A stretch of 64,000 bases of DNA, taken from Candidatus Berkelbacteria bacterium. GTDB lineage: Bacteria > Patescibacteriota > UBA1384 > DTJR01. This document shows positions 1 to 9,259 of the stretch, piece after piece. The stretch is from positions 56,989 to 120,988 of the forward strand of contig JAPLVK010000021.1 of assembly GCA_026397175.1 (NCBI GenBank), in the 5' to 3' direction. Under the pieces are notes generated by a model. That model made no database searches and was not told the DNA's origin. It worked only from the letters and a program-made list of their open reading frames with translations. A program made the translations under genes and the position numbers. The stretch's first letter is position 1; every line of letters starts with the position of its first letter.

Positions 1-549
1 AATAATGGTGTCAACGGCAATAGCGGTTTTTCCGGTTCCTCTGTCGCCAATAATCAACTCTCTTTGACCGCGACCGATTGGAATGATTGAATCAATCGCC
101 TTAATTCCGGTCTGAAGTGGCTTCCTAACTGATTCTCTCTCAATAACTCCCGGCGCCACTTTTTCGATTTCCATCATTTTCTCGGCTTTAATCGCGCCTT
201 TGCCGTCGATTGGATTGCCCAAAGTGTCAATAACTCGGCCGATCAAGTTTTTGCCGGCGGGGACTTTGGCAATTTCCCCGGTTGATTCAACTTCATCGCC
301 CGATGAAATACCGATATAGTCGCCCAAAATAACCGCGCCGATAATGCCTTCTTCCAAGCTCAAAACCATGGCCGAAACCGAGCCCGACTTTGTTTTTATT
401 TTTAGAAGCTCGCCTGATTTGGCTTGGGACAATCCAAAAATTCGCGCAATCCCATCGGCAACTTCTACGATTTCGCCGACTTTTTGCGATTTTATTTTGT
501 CGTCAAATTCCAAAATTTCTTTTTTTAATTCCTGTACAATATCACTCAT
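1..549 (-). CDS. atpA: F0F1 ATP synthase subunit alpha, N-terminal part (gene continues beyond the window edge)
   Basis: Reverse-strand translation starts [12 protein letters not shown] and contains the P-loop region [36 protein letters not shown]. The ATG at 549-547 overlaps the atpH stop (ATGA). The six-frame track missed it because it is truncated by the window edge. Confidence 0.9.
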   Translation of the reverse strand, partial: [183 protein letters not shown]

Positions 550-941
550 CTTCCACCCGCCATTTTTAATCTTAATTGATTTAGTTGCCCTCTCCACGAC
601 AGATCAATCATTTCATCTTGAACCCTGATTTTGATTCCTCCTAAAATATTTTTGTCTGTCTGACTAGTAAGATCGACCTTACTTTCATATTTTTCTTCGA
701 GCCGTTTCTGAATTAGTTTCAGATCTTGCTCGTTTAAGACCTCCATCGAATAAACATATGCAGAAAGTTTATTGTTGCTTGCCGACATTTTCTCTTTGAT
801 TTGAACGAGAAGATTATCCATTTGTCCCAATTTTTTCTGCTTTTGAAGTTCAAACCATAAGGCCTTCGCAAAATCGCCGACATTTTGAAAGTTAATTTTT
901 GAAGCCGTAATTTCCGCCAGTTTCGAAATTGATTTTTTCAT
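546..941 (-). CDS. atpH: F0F1 ATP synthase subunit delta (OSCP)
   Basis: 131 aa. It sits in the conserved atpB-E-F-H-A gene order, and its length and composition are typical of a delta subunit. Confidence 0.75.
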   Translation of the reverse strand: MKKSISKLAEITASKINFQNVGDFAKALWFELQKQKKLGQMDNLLVQIKEKMSASNNKLSAYVYSMEVLNEQDLKLIQKRLEEKYESKVDLTSQTDKNILGGIKIRVQDEMIDLSWRGQLNQLRLKMAGGR

Positions 942-1420
942 TTTATTTTTTCAATTTCCTTTGCGATTTGAGTTTTTTCTTGTTTTGTTTCAAGAATTTT
1001 TTCGGTCGCCGTCGCTACCAAATCAGCTATCTCTTTTTTGGCCTTTGTGAAAATTTGGTCTTGCTCGATTTTTGCTTGATTTCGAGCGGCAACTAAAATT
1101 TCTTCGGATTTCGTCTGCGCCTTCGAAATTGCTTTCGATGCTTCTTCTTCCATCGATTTCTTGGTTTCTTGCACAATTTTTTCTGCGTCCTGATTGGCTT
1201 TATTTATCAATTTTCTGGTTTTCTCTTCGGTTTCTTGCAATATCTTTTGTGATAATTCCGAGTCCTTTAGGCCTTTGGCAATTTTGTCTTGTCTTTCTTT
1301 TAGGATTTTTAAGATCGGATTATACAAAAACTTATACAGCAAAAACATCAGAATCAAAAAATTGATAATCTGTGCGATTAGGAGCTTTCCATCAATGCCC
1401 AGTGCCGAAAGTGCATCCAT
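938..1420 (-). CDS. atpF: F0F1 ATP synthase subunit B
   Basis: An N-terminal TM helix is followed by a long charged coiled coil (EKIVQETKKSMEEEASKAISKAQ...). Operon context supports the call. Confidence 0.8.
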   Translation of the reverse strand: MDALSALGIDGKLLIAQIINFLILMFLLYKFLYNPILKILKERQDKIAKGLKDSELSQKILQETEEKTRKLINKANQDAEKIVQETKKSMEEEASKAISKAQTKSEEILVAARNQAKIEQDQIFTKAKKEIADLVATATEKILETKQEKTQIAKEIEKIK

Positions 1421-1422
1421 TT

Positions 1423-1686
<264 letters not shown>

Positions 1687-1719
1687 TTATTTTTTGTTTT
1701 TGATTTTATCAGCTATCGT

Positions 1720-1775
1720 TTTACCCTTTACCCTTTACCCTTTTAACTTTTCACTTTCCCCTTTTCACTTTCCCC
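1720..1775. repeat. Short tandem repeats in the atpB-atpE intergenic region
   Basis: Three copies of TACCCTT (about 1722-1742) and two copies of TTTTCACTTTCCCC (about 1746-1773) on the + strand, which is GGGAAAGTGAAAA x2 and GGGTAAA x3 on the coding strand. Confidence 0.7.
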
Positions 1776-2512
1776 TAATGTATTTCCGCCGTCGCTCCTT
1801 TTATAAAAACCAGTGCCAGCATTGTAAAAACCAAGGCCTGAATAAATCCGACAAAAAGCTCAAGGAAAAAAAACGGAAGAGGCGCGACTAGCGGAACAAG
1901 AAAAGCAACAACAACCAACAAAACCTCTCCGGCAAAAACATTGCCAAAAAGTCGAAATGAAAACGAGATAATTCTAGCAAACTCCCCGATAAGTTCAAGT
2001 ATACCGACAAAAAAATTAATTGGACTCGAGAAGTTTATAAATTTTTTTCCATATTTAACAATTCCGATTGCCGCAACACCAAAGACCTGAACTGCAATCA
2101 TGGTGATAACAGCCAAAGCCAAAGTGGTGTTTAAGTCGGCATTTCCCGATCTAAAAAGCGGGATAAGAGTTGCATGGCCATTTTTAATCGTGTGTAGCCC
2201 GATTGTTCCGACTCCGGGGACAAGGCCGATCCAGTTGTTGGCGATAACGAAAATAAAAATGGTGGCGACGAGCGGGAAATATTTTCTCGTTTTTTCTTCG
2301 TCTTCGATAACACTGTTGGCGGTATTAAACAGAAACTCGATAATTGTTTCAAAAAAATTCTGGATTCCCTCTGGGATTGCTTTAATTTTATCCGTAGCCA
2401 ACACTGCTAGAATAATCAACAAAACGGAAACAACCCACGACAACAATATACTGTTGGTTATAGGCAAGGGTCCGATATGCCCGATTTTTTCGGCGACAAT
2501 AGAAATTTCCAT
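1775..2512 (-). CDS. atpB: F0F1 ATP synthase subunit A
   Basis: 245-aa polytopic membrane protein at the head of the atp operon (…FLELFVGFIQALVFTMLALVFI…). Confidence 0.8.
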   Translation of the reverse strand: MEISIVAEKIGHIGPLPITNSILLSWVVSVLLIILAVLATDKIKAIPEGIQNFFETIIEFLFNTANSVIEDEEKTRKYFPLVATIFIFVIANNWIGLVPGVGTIGLHTIKNGHATLIPLFRSGNADLNTTLALAVITMIAVQVFGVAAIGIVKYGKKFINFSSPINFFVGILELIGEFARIISFSFRLFGNVFAGEVLLVVVAFLVPLVAPLPFFFLELFVGFIQALVFTMLALVFIKGATAEIH

Positions 2513-2736
2513 TAGTCCAATTCCTTAATTTTTTCGATTGCGTCTTTAACCGTTTTTCTTAAAATAAAGAAAGAAATAAAAGCTGCAAATACAATGGCCA
2601 CAATGAATAATTTGGGAGTCGTGTTAAAGCGATGATCGAAGTAGCTTCCGAGAAACGCAAACACAACTAGCGGCAAGGCCGTTTCAATTCCAATTTTACC
2701 AATAAATGACAAAGAAAAAAACAGTCCTTTTTTCAT
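2512..2736 (-). CDS. Small two-TM membrane protein upstream of atpB, possibly AtpI/AtpZ-like
   Basis: 74 aa and hydrophobic. Its position immediately 5' of atpB in the operon is the main evidence. Confidence 0.45.
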   Translation of the reverse strand: MKKGLFFSLSFIGKIGIETALPLVVFAFLGSYFDHRFNTTPKLFIVAIVFAAFISFFILRKTVKDAIEKIKELD

Positions 2737-2818
2737 GTTCTATAGGGATTTATGTCTCCCTAATCAAAATAGCAAAATAAGGTTGGCAAATCAACCTTCT
2801 TCTGATACTCTGGTTTTG

Positions 2819-3472
2819 ATGTTATATATGATGGCTTCGCCAATCGGCAATCTTGATGATCTCACTCTAAGGCAAAGTAACATTTTGTCTTGTGTTGATT
2901 TTGTGTTGGCGGAGGACACCAGAAATTCTAAAAAAATTCTAGACAAACTAAATATCAAAAAAGAACTGATTTCATTTCACGAACATTCAAACGAATCAAA
3001 ACTTTTAACTATTATAGAGATGTTAAAGGCCGGCAAATCAGCAGCGTATTTGAGTGATGCGGGAACTCCCAATATTTCAGACCCTGGGGGAAAACTGGTG
3101 GAGTTTGCTTTAAAAAACGATATTGCAGTTTCTCCAATCCCCGGACCGAGTTCTTTAACTACTCTAATTTCCGTTGCACCCTTTGCTTGTTCAAATTTTG
3201 TATTTTTAGGTTATTTTCCAAAGAAAAAAGGCAGAGAAAAAATTATTGAAAAAATCAAAAATTACGACATGCCGGTTTTCTTTTTTGAATCCCCTTATCG
3301 GATTAAAAAAACCCTCAATCATCTTAAAGAACGCCTCGAGGGCTATCATATCCTAATCGGCCGCGAATTGACTAAAAAGTTTGAAGAAATTATATTTTGC
3401 GATTTAAATAATCCTGGCCTGCAAAACATCACTGAAAAAGGCGAATTTGTGTTTGCTTTAGTCAAGATATAA
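2819..3472 (+). CDS. rsmI: 16S rRNA (cytidine1402-2'-O)-methyltransferase RsmI (tetrapyrrole-methylase family)
   Basis: MASPIGNLDDLTLRQ…LAEDTR…SDAGTPNISDPG motifs. The start is probably the ATG at 2819; the ORF-track start at 2735 lies upstream. Confidence 0.8.
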   Translation: MLYMMASPIGNLDDLTLRQSNILSCVDFVLAEDTRNSKKILDKLNIKKELISFHEHSNESKLLTIIEMLKAGKSAAYLSDAGTPNISDPGGKLVEFALKNDIAVSPIPGPSSLTTLISVAPFACSNFVFLGYFPKKKGREKIIEKIKNYDMPVFFFESPYRIKKTLNHLKERLEGYHILIGRELTKKFEEIIFCDLNNPGLQNITEKGEFVFALVKI

Positions 3473-3495
3473 TCAATCGCTCCCATATTTGTCTT

Positions 3496-3533
3496 TACTT
3501 TATGAACTTTATACTTTATAAACTTTAAAAACT
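3496..3533 (+). promoter_or_regulatory. AT-rich UP-like repeat motif (ACTTTATGAACTTTATACTTTATAAACTTT) directly upstream of a TTGCAC-17-TATAAT promoter
   Basis: The same roughly 38-nt motif recurs at 47947-47985 and 60778-60815, in each case directly 5' of a -35/-10 pair. Confidence 0.55.
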
Positions 3534-3608
3534 CATCCTTGCACTTGATTTTTTAAATATGTATAATAAAGAAAGTTAACGAACTAATTTATTTTTTGTA
3601 GGAGGATT

Positions 3609-4871
3609 ATGGGTAAGGTGAAAATTCACAAAGGGTTTATCGGTGCAATTACAGCGGTGGCAGTAATTGCTGTTTTGGCCGGTACGGCTATTCGGCTTCA
3701 GTCAATTTCTGCGGATACCACAACCCCTGACGCTACCGGCAATGGTCTTAAGGGCGAATATTTTAAAACCGTGAGCCCGACCGGAACGCCGGAATTTACA
3801 TGCCTGGTTAAGAAATTAGAATTCAACTGGATAGCGACCCAGCCGACATCAGCTCACGATGGCTGCACGCCTCAAACCGGAGCAGTTGGCATTGATAATT
3901 TCTCTGTTAAATACACGGGACAAGTCCAGCCACAATATAGCGACACCTATACATTTTACGCGCTTACAGATGACGGAGTAAAGGTTTGGGTAAATAGTCA
4001 ATTGATAATTAACACATGGACAAATCAAACCAGTTCCGTCGAGTCAAAAGGTACAATTGCTCTACAGGCGGGTAAAAAATATCCGATAAAAATCGAATAT
4101 TATAATGGTGTCGGAAATGCACAGATGCAACTTTTATGGTCAAACTCCCATTCGCTCACAGCGTTCACTTCTCATCAAGTAAAACAAACTATTCCGCAAA
4201 GTCGGCTTTATACTGACTGGACTCCGCCGTCTGCATCAGCCACTGCTTCGCCGTCTACGACAGTCATGACCGAAACATTTAAAGGTGGGACGCAGGGTGT
4301 AAGCAAATACACGGCGCTTTACTTGCCGGCTGATACCACCGCGATTGCTACAAAACAACTTCAAGATGCCGGTCTCACGGTTTGGGCATTCAACAGAAGG
4401 TATGTTGAGGACTGGAATACTGATATTGTCGGCCTTAATCATGGTGTTGGCTACTATGTCGGGAATCCGTCCGGTGTAGATAAGACAGTTACGGTTAATC
4501 AACAAGTGGCTGAAAGTGCATCCAATATTTATATGCGAAAAGGTTGGAATTTACTGGCCAATAGCTCGACGAAAGCCGTGTCGCTTGCCGACTTGAAGTA
4601 TTATCTTAACCCGACCTGTACCCAAACAACCAATGCAAGCGGAAAAATTGTCAACTCCAATTGCACCGTTGGGGCCTCAACAACCCCGATCAGTGATTTA
4701 TTTCAGGGTACTGATGTAAATGCATATCTGGCCTACACGACAATTTACGAGATAAAAAATCCCGAAGCACAAACCGCAAGTGAGGCCTTTGACCAAGTGA
4801 CTGTTACGGCCAGCAACGCCAGTACTCTGACTATTCCCGCTCAAACGATGTTTTGGTTATATATCTGGTAA
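3609..4871 (+). CDS. N-terminally membrane-anchored surface protein with a PA14 domain and a shared C-terminal 'GYYV-GWNLL-FWxY' domain
   Basis: N-terminal TM helix (GAITAVAVIAVLAGTAI). PA14-like block GLKGEYF…FSVKYTGQ…DDGVKVWVN…YPIKIEYYN. The C-terminus (GYYVGNPSG, GWNLLANSS, FWLYIW) is shared with ORFs 4912, 6180, 8141 and 38306. Confidence 0.7.
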   Translation: MGKVKIHKGFIGAITAVAVIAVLAGTAIRLQSISADTTTPDATGNGLKGEYFKTVSPTGTPEFTCLVKKLEFNWIATQPTSAHDGCTPQTGAVGIDNFSVKYTGQVQPQYSDTYTFYALTDDGVKVWVNSQLIINTWTNQTSSVESKGTIALQAGKKYPIKIEYYNGVGNAQMQLLWSNSHSLTAFTSHQVKQTIPQSRLYTDWTPPSASATASPSTTVMTETFKGGTQGVSKYTALYLPADTTAIATKQLQDAGLTVWAFNRRYVEDWNTDIVGLNHGVGYYVGNPSGVDKTVTVNQQVAESASNIYMRKGWNLLANSSTKAVSLADLKYYLNPTCTQTTNASGKIVNSNCTVGASTTPISDLFQGTDVNAYLAYTTIYEIKNPEAQTASEAFDQVTVTASNASTLTIPAQTMFWLYIW

Positions 4872-4911
4872 ATTTAAATTGGGGGTATTGGACATTATCT
4901 AAAGGAGGACT

Positions 4912-6165
4912 GTGAAAAAAATAGGGCTGCAAAAAACATTTATTTTTGGGATAACGGCGGTTGCTCTTGTGGCGATTGCAACTGGTGCCATTATTCGTTT
5001 GCAGTCAATTTCGGCAAGCACGGACACCGCGAGTGTATCATGCGTTGCCGGCTCAACGGCCGTTCAAACCGATTTAAGCGCCGAAGAAGCAAGTTCTTTT
5101 GGTGCATCCGCCAAGGCCTATACAGTTCATACTACTCAAGGGTGGGGCAGATCTAACGGTGGGGACTTTCGGCTGGTAGTGGCGGCGCAAGAACAAAGTC
5201 GTCTAGGTAGTGGGGGACTTGTGCGATTTACCGTCGCTCTTGGCAATTTGAATAATTTTGTTTATGCGGAAAAAACAGGGAGAATAATCCTAAAATTTTC
5301 CAATAGCCAACAAACCATTTTTGAGTACGGTGATCCCCAGCTTGCAACGGGTAAATATTTGATTAAGCAAGCGAACTGGTCGGTTCTTGACTATTCGGTT
5401 TCCGTTAACGCCGAAATGAGATGGGGAACCGGTAATTATCTTCAGGGCTGTGTTTCAAACGCAATCAATTTGCAAGAGGCCTTAGGATTAGTGCCGACAG
5501 CGACATCAACTGCAACAGCGACTGCGACAACATCCCTAACCGCTTCCGCAACCGCAACAACCGTGTCAACTCAAACTACGCTTGATGTTTTAAGCGGCTA
5601 TAACGCGGTTTATTTACCCGACACTCAAAACGCGCTTTTAACCCAGCAATTAAAAGATGTCGGCATGAGTGTCTTTGAATTTAATCATAAATCGTTGAAA
5701 AGTTGGGACAATGATTCAAATGTCTTTTACCATGGAATTGGCTACTATGTCTATAATCCCGGGGCCGAAACCTCCGTCTTGGTCAATTCAGCCCCACAAA
5801 CTCCAGAGACATATTATGATCGTTATATCCAAAACGGTTGGAATCTTCTCTCGAACGGCTCGACAAGTGATAAAAAATTGAGTGATCTGGTTTATTATGT
5901 TAATAATCTTTGCACGATTGTAAGTGATAAAAATGGCAACCCAACCAGTACTGCCGCTTGCGATAGTTTATTGTCTTACAAATTGTCCGATCTTATAACT
6001 TCTAACGCGCAGACAACCCGCGGATATGCCACCTTGTATATAATCAAAGATCCTCACGGTCAAACGGCAACGGACGCCTTCGAGCAAGTGGATGTTACCG
6101 ACCAGAACAAGGATTCAATCGTGATTCCAGCAGGAAAGTTGTTCTGGTTCTATTTATTTGAATAG
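4912..6165 (+). CDS. Paralogous membrane-anchored surface protein (shared C-terminal domain)
   Basis: N-terminal TM helix almost identical to ORF 3609 (AIIRLQSISA). Contains a TATATAT linker, then GYYVYNPGAETS, GWNLLSNGS and LFWFYLFE. Confidence 0.65.
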   Translation: MKKIGLQKTFIFGITAVALVAIATGAIIRLQSISASTDTASVSCVAGSTAVQTDLSAEEASSFGASAKAYTVHTTQGWGRSNGGDFRLVVAAQEQSRLGSGGLVRFTVALGNLNNFVYAEKTGRIILKFSNSQQTIFEYGDPQLATGKYLIKQANWSVLDYSVSVNAEMRWGTGNYLQGCVSNAINLQEALGLVPTATSTATATATTSLTASATATTVSTQTTLDVLSGYNAVYLPDTQNALLTQQLKDVGMSVFEFNHKSLKSWDNDSNVFYHGIGYYVYNPGAETSVLVNSAPQTPETYYDRYIQNGWNLLSNGSTSDKKLSDLVYYVNNLCTIVSDKNGNPTSTAACDSLLSYKLSDLITSNAQTTRGYATLYIIKDPHGQTATDAFEQVDVTDQNKDSIVIPAGKLFWFYLFE

Positions 6166-6179
6166 TTTAAGGAGAAATT

Positions 6180-7742
6180 TTGGCAAACAGGGCTTCAAAG
6201 ATCTATATTGCCGGACTTGCTGCAATAGTTGTTTCTGTTTTGGGAGTTATCACTCTATCAACGGCGTCTTCTCTTGTGCCGAAGTCATCTTCTAATCTTT
6301 TGGAGTCAATTTGTGACGGTCAAAAATCATTTTATCTGCCTTCAGAGCTCTTAAATTTAGAGAAAAAGAAATATTCAAAAAATGCGCGCGGTTTCAAATT
6401 TATTGATAATAATTATGATAGTTTTAGGATTGTGATTGACTTCGGTCGCGCCTCAAAAGACAACAACGAAATTGAATTCGTTCTTTATTTGACCAATTTA
6501 TCTCAAGAAAAAGTTGATCTTGAAAATCTTGGAATAAAACTTGAATCTTCCGATAAATCCCAAATTACTCTTTCGCCAAATGATAATAATTTAGAGCTCA
6601 TAAAAAATCAGACAAAAGTTTTTAAAGCAAAACAAAATTTACCGAAAGACGATCAGGAAAGTTCAATGTCATATGATCTTATTGTTTCAAACAAAAACAA
6701 TAATGTCTGCACTGGTAAAATTCCCGAAATTGTAAAAATTGAACCGAAAAATCTTGATAATTTCAATGTCTTACAAGCAGACAACTTGGCTGTTTCGTCA
6801 AGGGAATTTGGGGATTTTGAAATTCCACCCGGTTTTAGCCCGATTGGTTTTTCCGATTTTCGACAATTGAAGCCATTTAAAGATAAAGGCCTAACAATTA
6901 TTGGTTATAATCTCAAAGGGCACGAATGGACAATTATTTCCAAAAACAATGATTTTTTGGCCGAACCGGGTGTCGGTTATTTTGTTTTGAATCCAACCGA
7001 AAAGACGATTTTGGTTGATGCCGGATTTCCCTTTTTCACTCCGGACGATATTGCGCGAAATACAGTCCGAAAGGGCTGGAATCTTATCTACAACGATACA
7101 GGAAATAATGCTTCCCCAAAAGAAATTAGTATCTCGATTTATCCGGGTTATAATCAATCGCGGGATTTTGAGGTCTCTTCCTATTCTCTACAGGATCTAA
7201 TTGACAAAAAAATTGCTTCAGGTGATATTTATATCGTTGATCCCGGAGATGCCTCGGTTTTAGGCCGAAAAACCGCACTTTCTTCCTCGACATTTTTAAT
7301 CCCTCAAGATGGTGTTTTCTGGTTTTATTTGTTTGATGAACCGCAAAATCTGGAGTTGAAAGTTCCTAATTTTCAATTTGAACTAACAGGCGGTGGCGAT
7401 ACATATAAATCGGGCGATTTTGTGCCTTTAACATTTAAAATTACCAATAACGATAACAAGTCGCATCAATTGCTTTTACCCGGCATCAAGGATCCCTGTT
7501 TTCTCGGCCTAACTGTTCTTAATTCATCAAACAATGTTGTTTATAATGACTTAGAAAATAAAACATGTCCTTTGTGGCCGTCAATTGTTGAAGTTTCACA
7601 AGGGGCGAAAGAAGAGTATAATTATTCTTGGGCTATACCAAAAAATTTGAAAGGCGATTTTACTTTAAAGGCCTATTTTAATTATTCTCGTCTCAATTCA
7701 TCGAATATGTTATATAATGAAAGTAAGATAAAAGTTGAATGA
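6180..7742 (+). CDS. Paralogous membrane-anchored surface protein (shared C-terminal domain plus extra C-terminal module)
   Basis: TTG start 5 nt after AAGGAG. Motifs GVGYFVLNPTEK, GWNLIYNDTG and VFWFYLFDEP are followed by a roughly 130-aa extension. Confidence 0.6.
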   Translation: MANRASKIYIAGLAAIVVSVLGVITLSTASSLVPKSSSNLLESICDGQKSFYLPSELLNLEKKKYSKNARGFKFIDNNYDSFRIVIDFGRASKDNNEIEFVLYLTNLSQEKVDLENLGIKLESSDKSQITLSPNDNNLELIKNQTKVFKAKQNLPKDDQESSMSYDLIVSNKNNNVCTGKIPEIVKIEPKNLDNFNVLQADNLAVSSREFGDFEIPPGFSPIGFSDFRQLKPFKDKGLTIIGYNLKGHEWTIISKNNDFLAEPGVGYFVLNPTEKTILVDAGFPFFTPDDIARNTVRKGWNLIYNDTGNNASPKEISISIYPGYNQSRDFEVSSYSLQDLIDKKIASGDIYIVDPGDASVLGRKTALSSSTFLIPQDGVFWFYLFDEPQNLELKVPNFQFELTGGGDTYKSGDFVPLTFKITNNDNKSHQLLLPGIKDPCFLGLTVLNSSNNVVYNDLENKTCPLWPSIVEVSQGAKEEYNYSWAIPKNLKGDFTLKAYFNYSRLNSSNMLYNESKIKVE

Positions 7743-8140
7743 TAATGAACCAAAGTAGCAGAAATTCCTTGATTGCCATATCTGTCCTTGCCGGCGCCAT
7801 AATCTTAGTCGGATCAATTATTTATAAATCAAATTTTACCATTCAGGCAAGCTCCGAAACAACCCCTGCAACGCCCAACAAATCCGTCCCCTTAAAGACC
7901 GGTTGGAATTCTCTGACAAACGGCCCCAAGACCGCAACCTTACAAAGTAGAATTATCACGATTAACGGAAGTTTGATTTCGATCGAAGAAGCAAAGACAA
8001 GGGGAGTGATTGATAGCGTTGCAAGCACAAAAGATGGTACAATATTAAATGAGAACAATAAGATATTGCCGAAAGAGGGCTTTGAAATTTTTGTTAAAGA
8101 CATCACCTTGTCGCCGGCTTTTTATCCGGAGGAAATTTAA
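7739..8140 (+). CDS. Small secreted or membrane-anchored protein within the surface-protein cluster
   Basis: N-terminal TM or signal segment (LIAISVLAGAIILVGSIIY) and a GWNSLTNG motif. Confidence 0.45.
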   Translation: MIMNQSSRNSLIAISVLAGAIILVGSIIYKSNFTIQASSETTPATPNKSVPLKTGWNSLTNGPKTATLQSRIITINGSLISIEEAKTRGVIDSVASTKDGTILNENNKILPKEGFEIFVKDITLSPAFYPEEI

Positions 8141-9256
8141 TTGAAAAATTTTATGGGATTGGAAGAAAAAGTCAAAAATCATTCGGCCTTGTCGAAGAAA
8201 AAGTACGCCACCGTTGCTGCTATTGCAATTGTCTTGGGGCTTGGTCTTGTTGCTGGCGGTGTCTTGTTAAATTCAAGTCAAACCCAAATTTTTGCCAGCA
8301 CCGACACTCCGCCGACTCCGGCAATTCCAACTCGTTCTGCTCCGCCAACACCTCCGATCCCATCAAGGACGGGAAACTTTTCGTTTGCCGCTGGCTGGAG
8401 CATGATTTCGGGTGATGCGCTATATGGATATGATTTAACCAATTTCTTAAAGGCCGGGCTGACTCTTTATAGTTTTAACGATCCAAAGGTGGCAAATCGC
8501 GATTGGACAGTTAAGGGTTTGGTTGCCGATACAAGCTGTGCAGCAGGACAAAGTTGTCCTCCGACACCGAGTTCTCCAACCAATACATCAGTCATATTTT
8601 ATCCCCAGCCACCATTCGGTTATTATGTCTATAACCCCGGGACCGCTGAAGCTAAGGTTGATCTAAAACCGGGCAGTGCCCCTGATTTATCAAATCAGAT
8701 GGTGGCACGGGGCTGGCACACACTCTATTGGCCGGGCGAGGCGACAACTAAAGATGAACTTCTAAAAAATATCACTTTAAAATATGCAGACGGAACAATA
8801 CTGACTGCAGCGCAAGCGGTCGCAAGCGACCAACACAAGGCAAGTATCGAGATTTATGTGGTTACCGATGAACACTCGATTGATGTTACTGCCTCTTCGA
8901 AACTTTTGACTTCTACCGATTCAAGCGCCGAGATCAGTAAAATCCCCAAAAACAGTTATTTCTGGCTTTATTTGAGACGAACACAGTATCGGGTAACGGA
9001 TGTATATTTGGCCAGCCAAAGCATTTCGACCGCCGAAAAAGAAGCGATTGATGTTTGGCTTAAGGCGAATAATTATACTGACTGTGGAGACGCAGCCGGA
9101 ACAATTTACACCGGCAGCAGTTGTCTATTTGACGAAGCAACCAACACAACGCGTGATAAATACGAATATCTTGTCAATAAATTCCCAGATAAGCCATGGT
9201 TTGCAGCATCAACTCCGCCAACTCCGGCCACTCCATCGGCAACTTCTACGAGCTAA
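8141..9256 (+). CDS. Paralogous membrane-anchored surface protein with Pro/Thr-rich linkers (shared C-terminal domain)
   Basis: TM helix, repeated PPTPAIPTRSAPPTPPIPS, then FGYYVYNPGTAEA, GWHTLYWPG and YFWLYLRR. Confidence 0.6.
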   Translation: MKNFMGLEEKVKNHSALSKKKYATVAAIAIVLGLGLVAGGVLLNSSQTQIFASTDTPPTPAIPTRSAPPTPPIPSRTGNFSFAAGWSMISGDALYGYDLTNFLKAGLTLYSFNDPKVANRDWTVKGLVADTSCAAGQSCPPTPSSPTNTSVIFYPQPPFGYYVYNPGTAEAKVDLKPGSAPDLSNQMVARGWHTLYWPGEATTKDELLKNITLKYADGTILTAAQAVASDQHKASIEIYVVTDEHSIDVTASSKLLTSTDSSAEISKIPKNSYFWLYLRRTQYRVTDVYLASQSISTAEKEAIDVWLKANNYTDCGDAAGTIYTGSSCLFDEATNTTRDKYEYLVNKFPDKPWFAASTPPTPATPSATSTS

Positions 9257-9259
9257 CAA

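Noticed and set aside
344-628. ORF 344-628 (+)
   Set aside because: It lies antisense to the well-supported atpA/atpH genes, so it is a shadow ORF.
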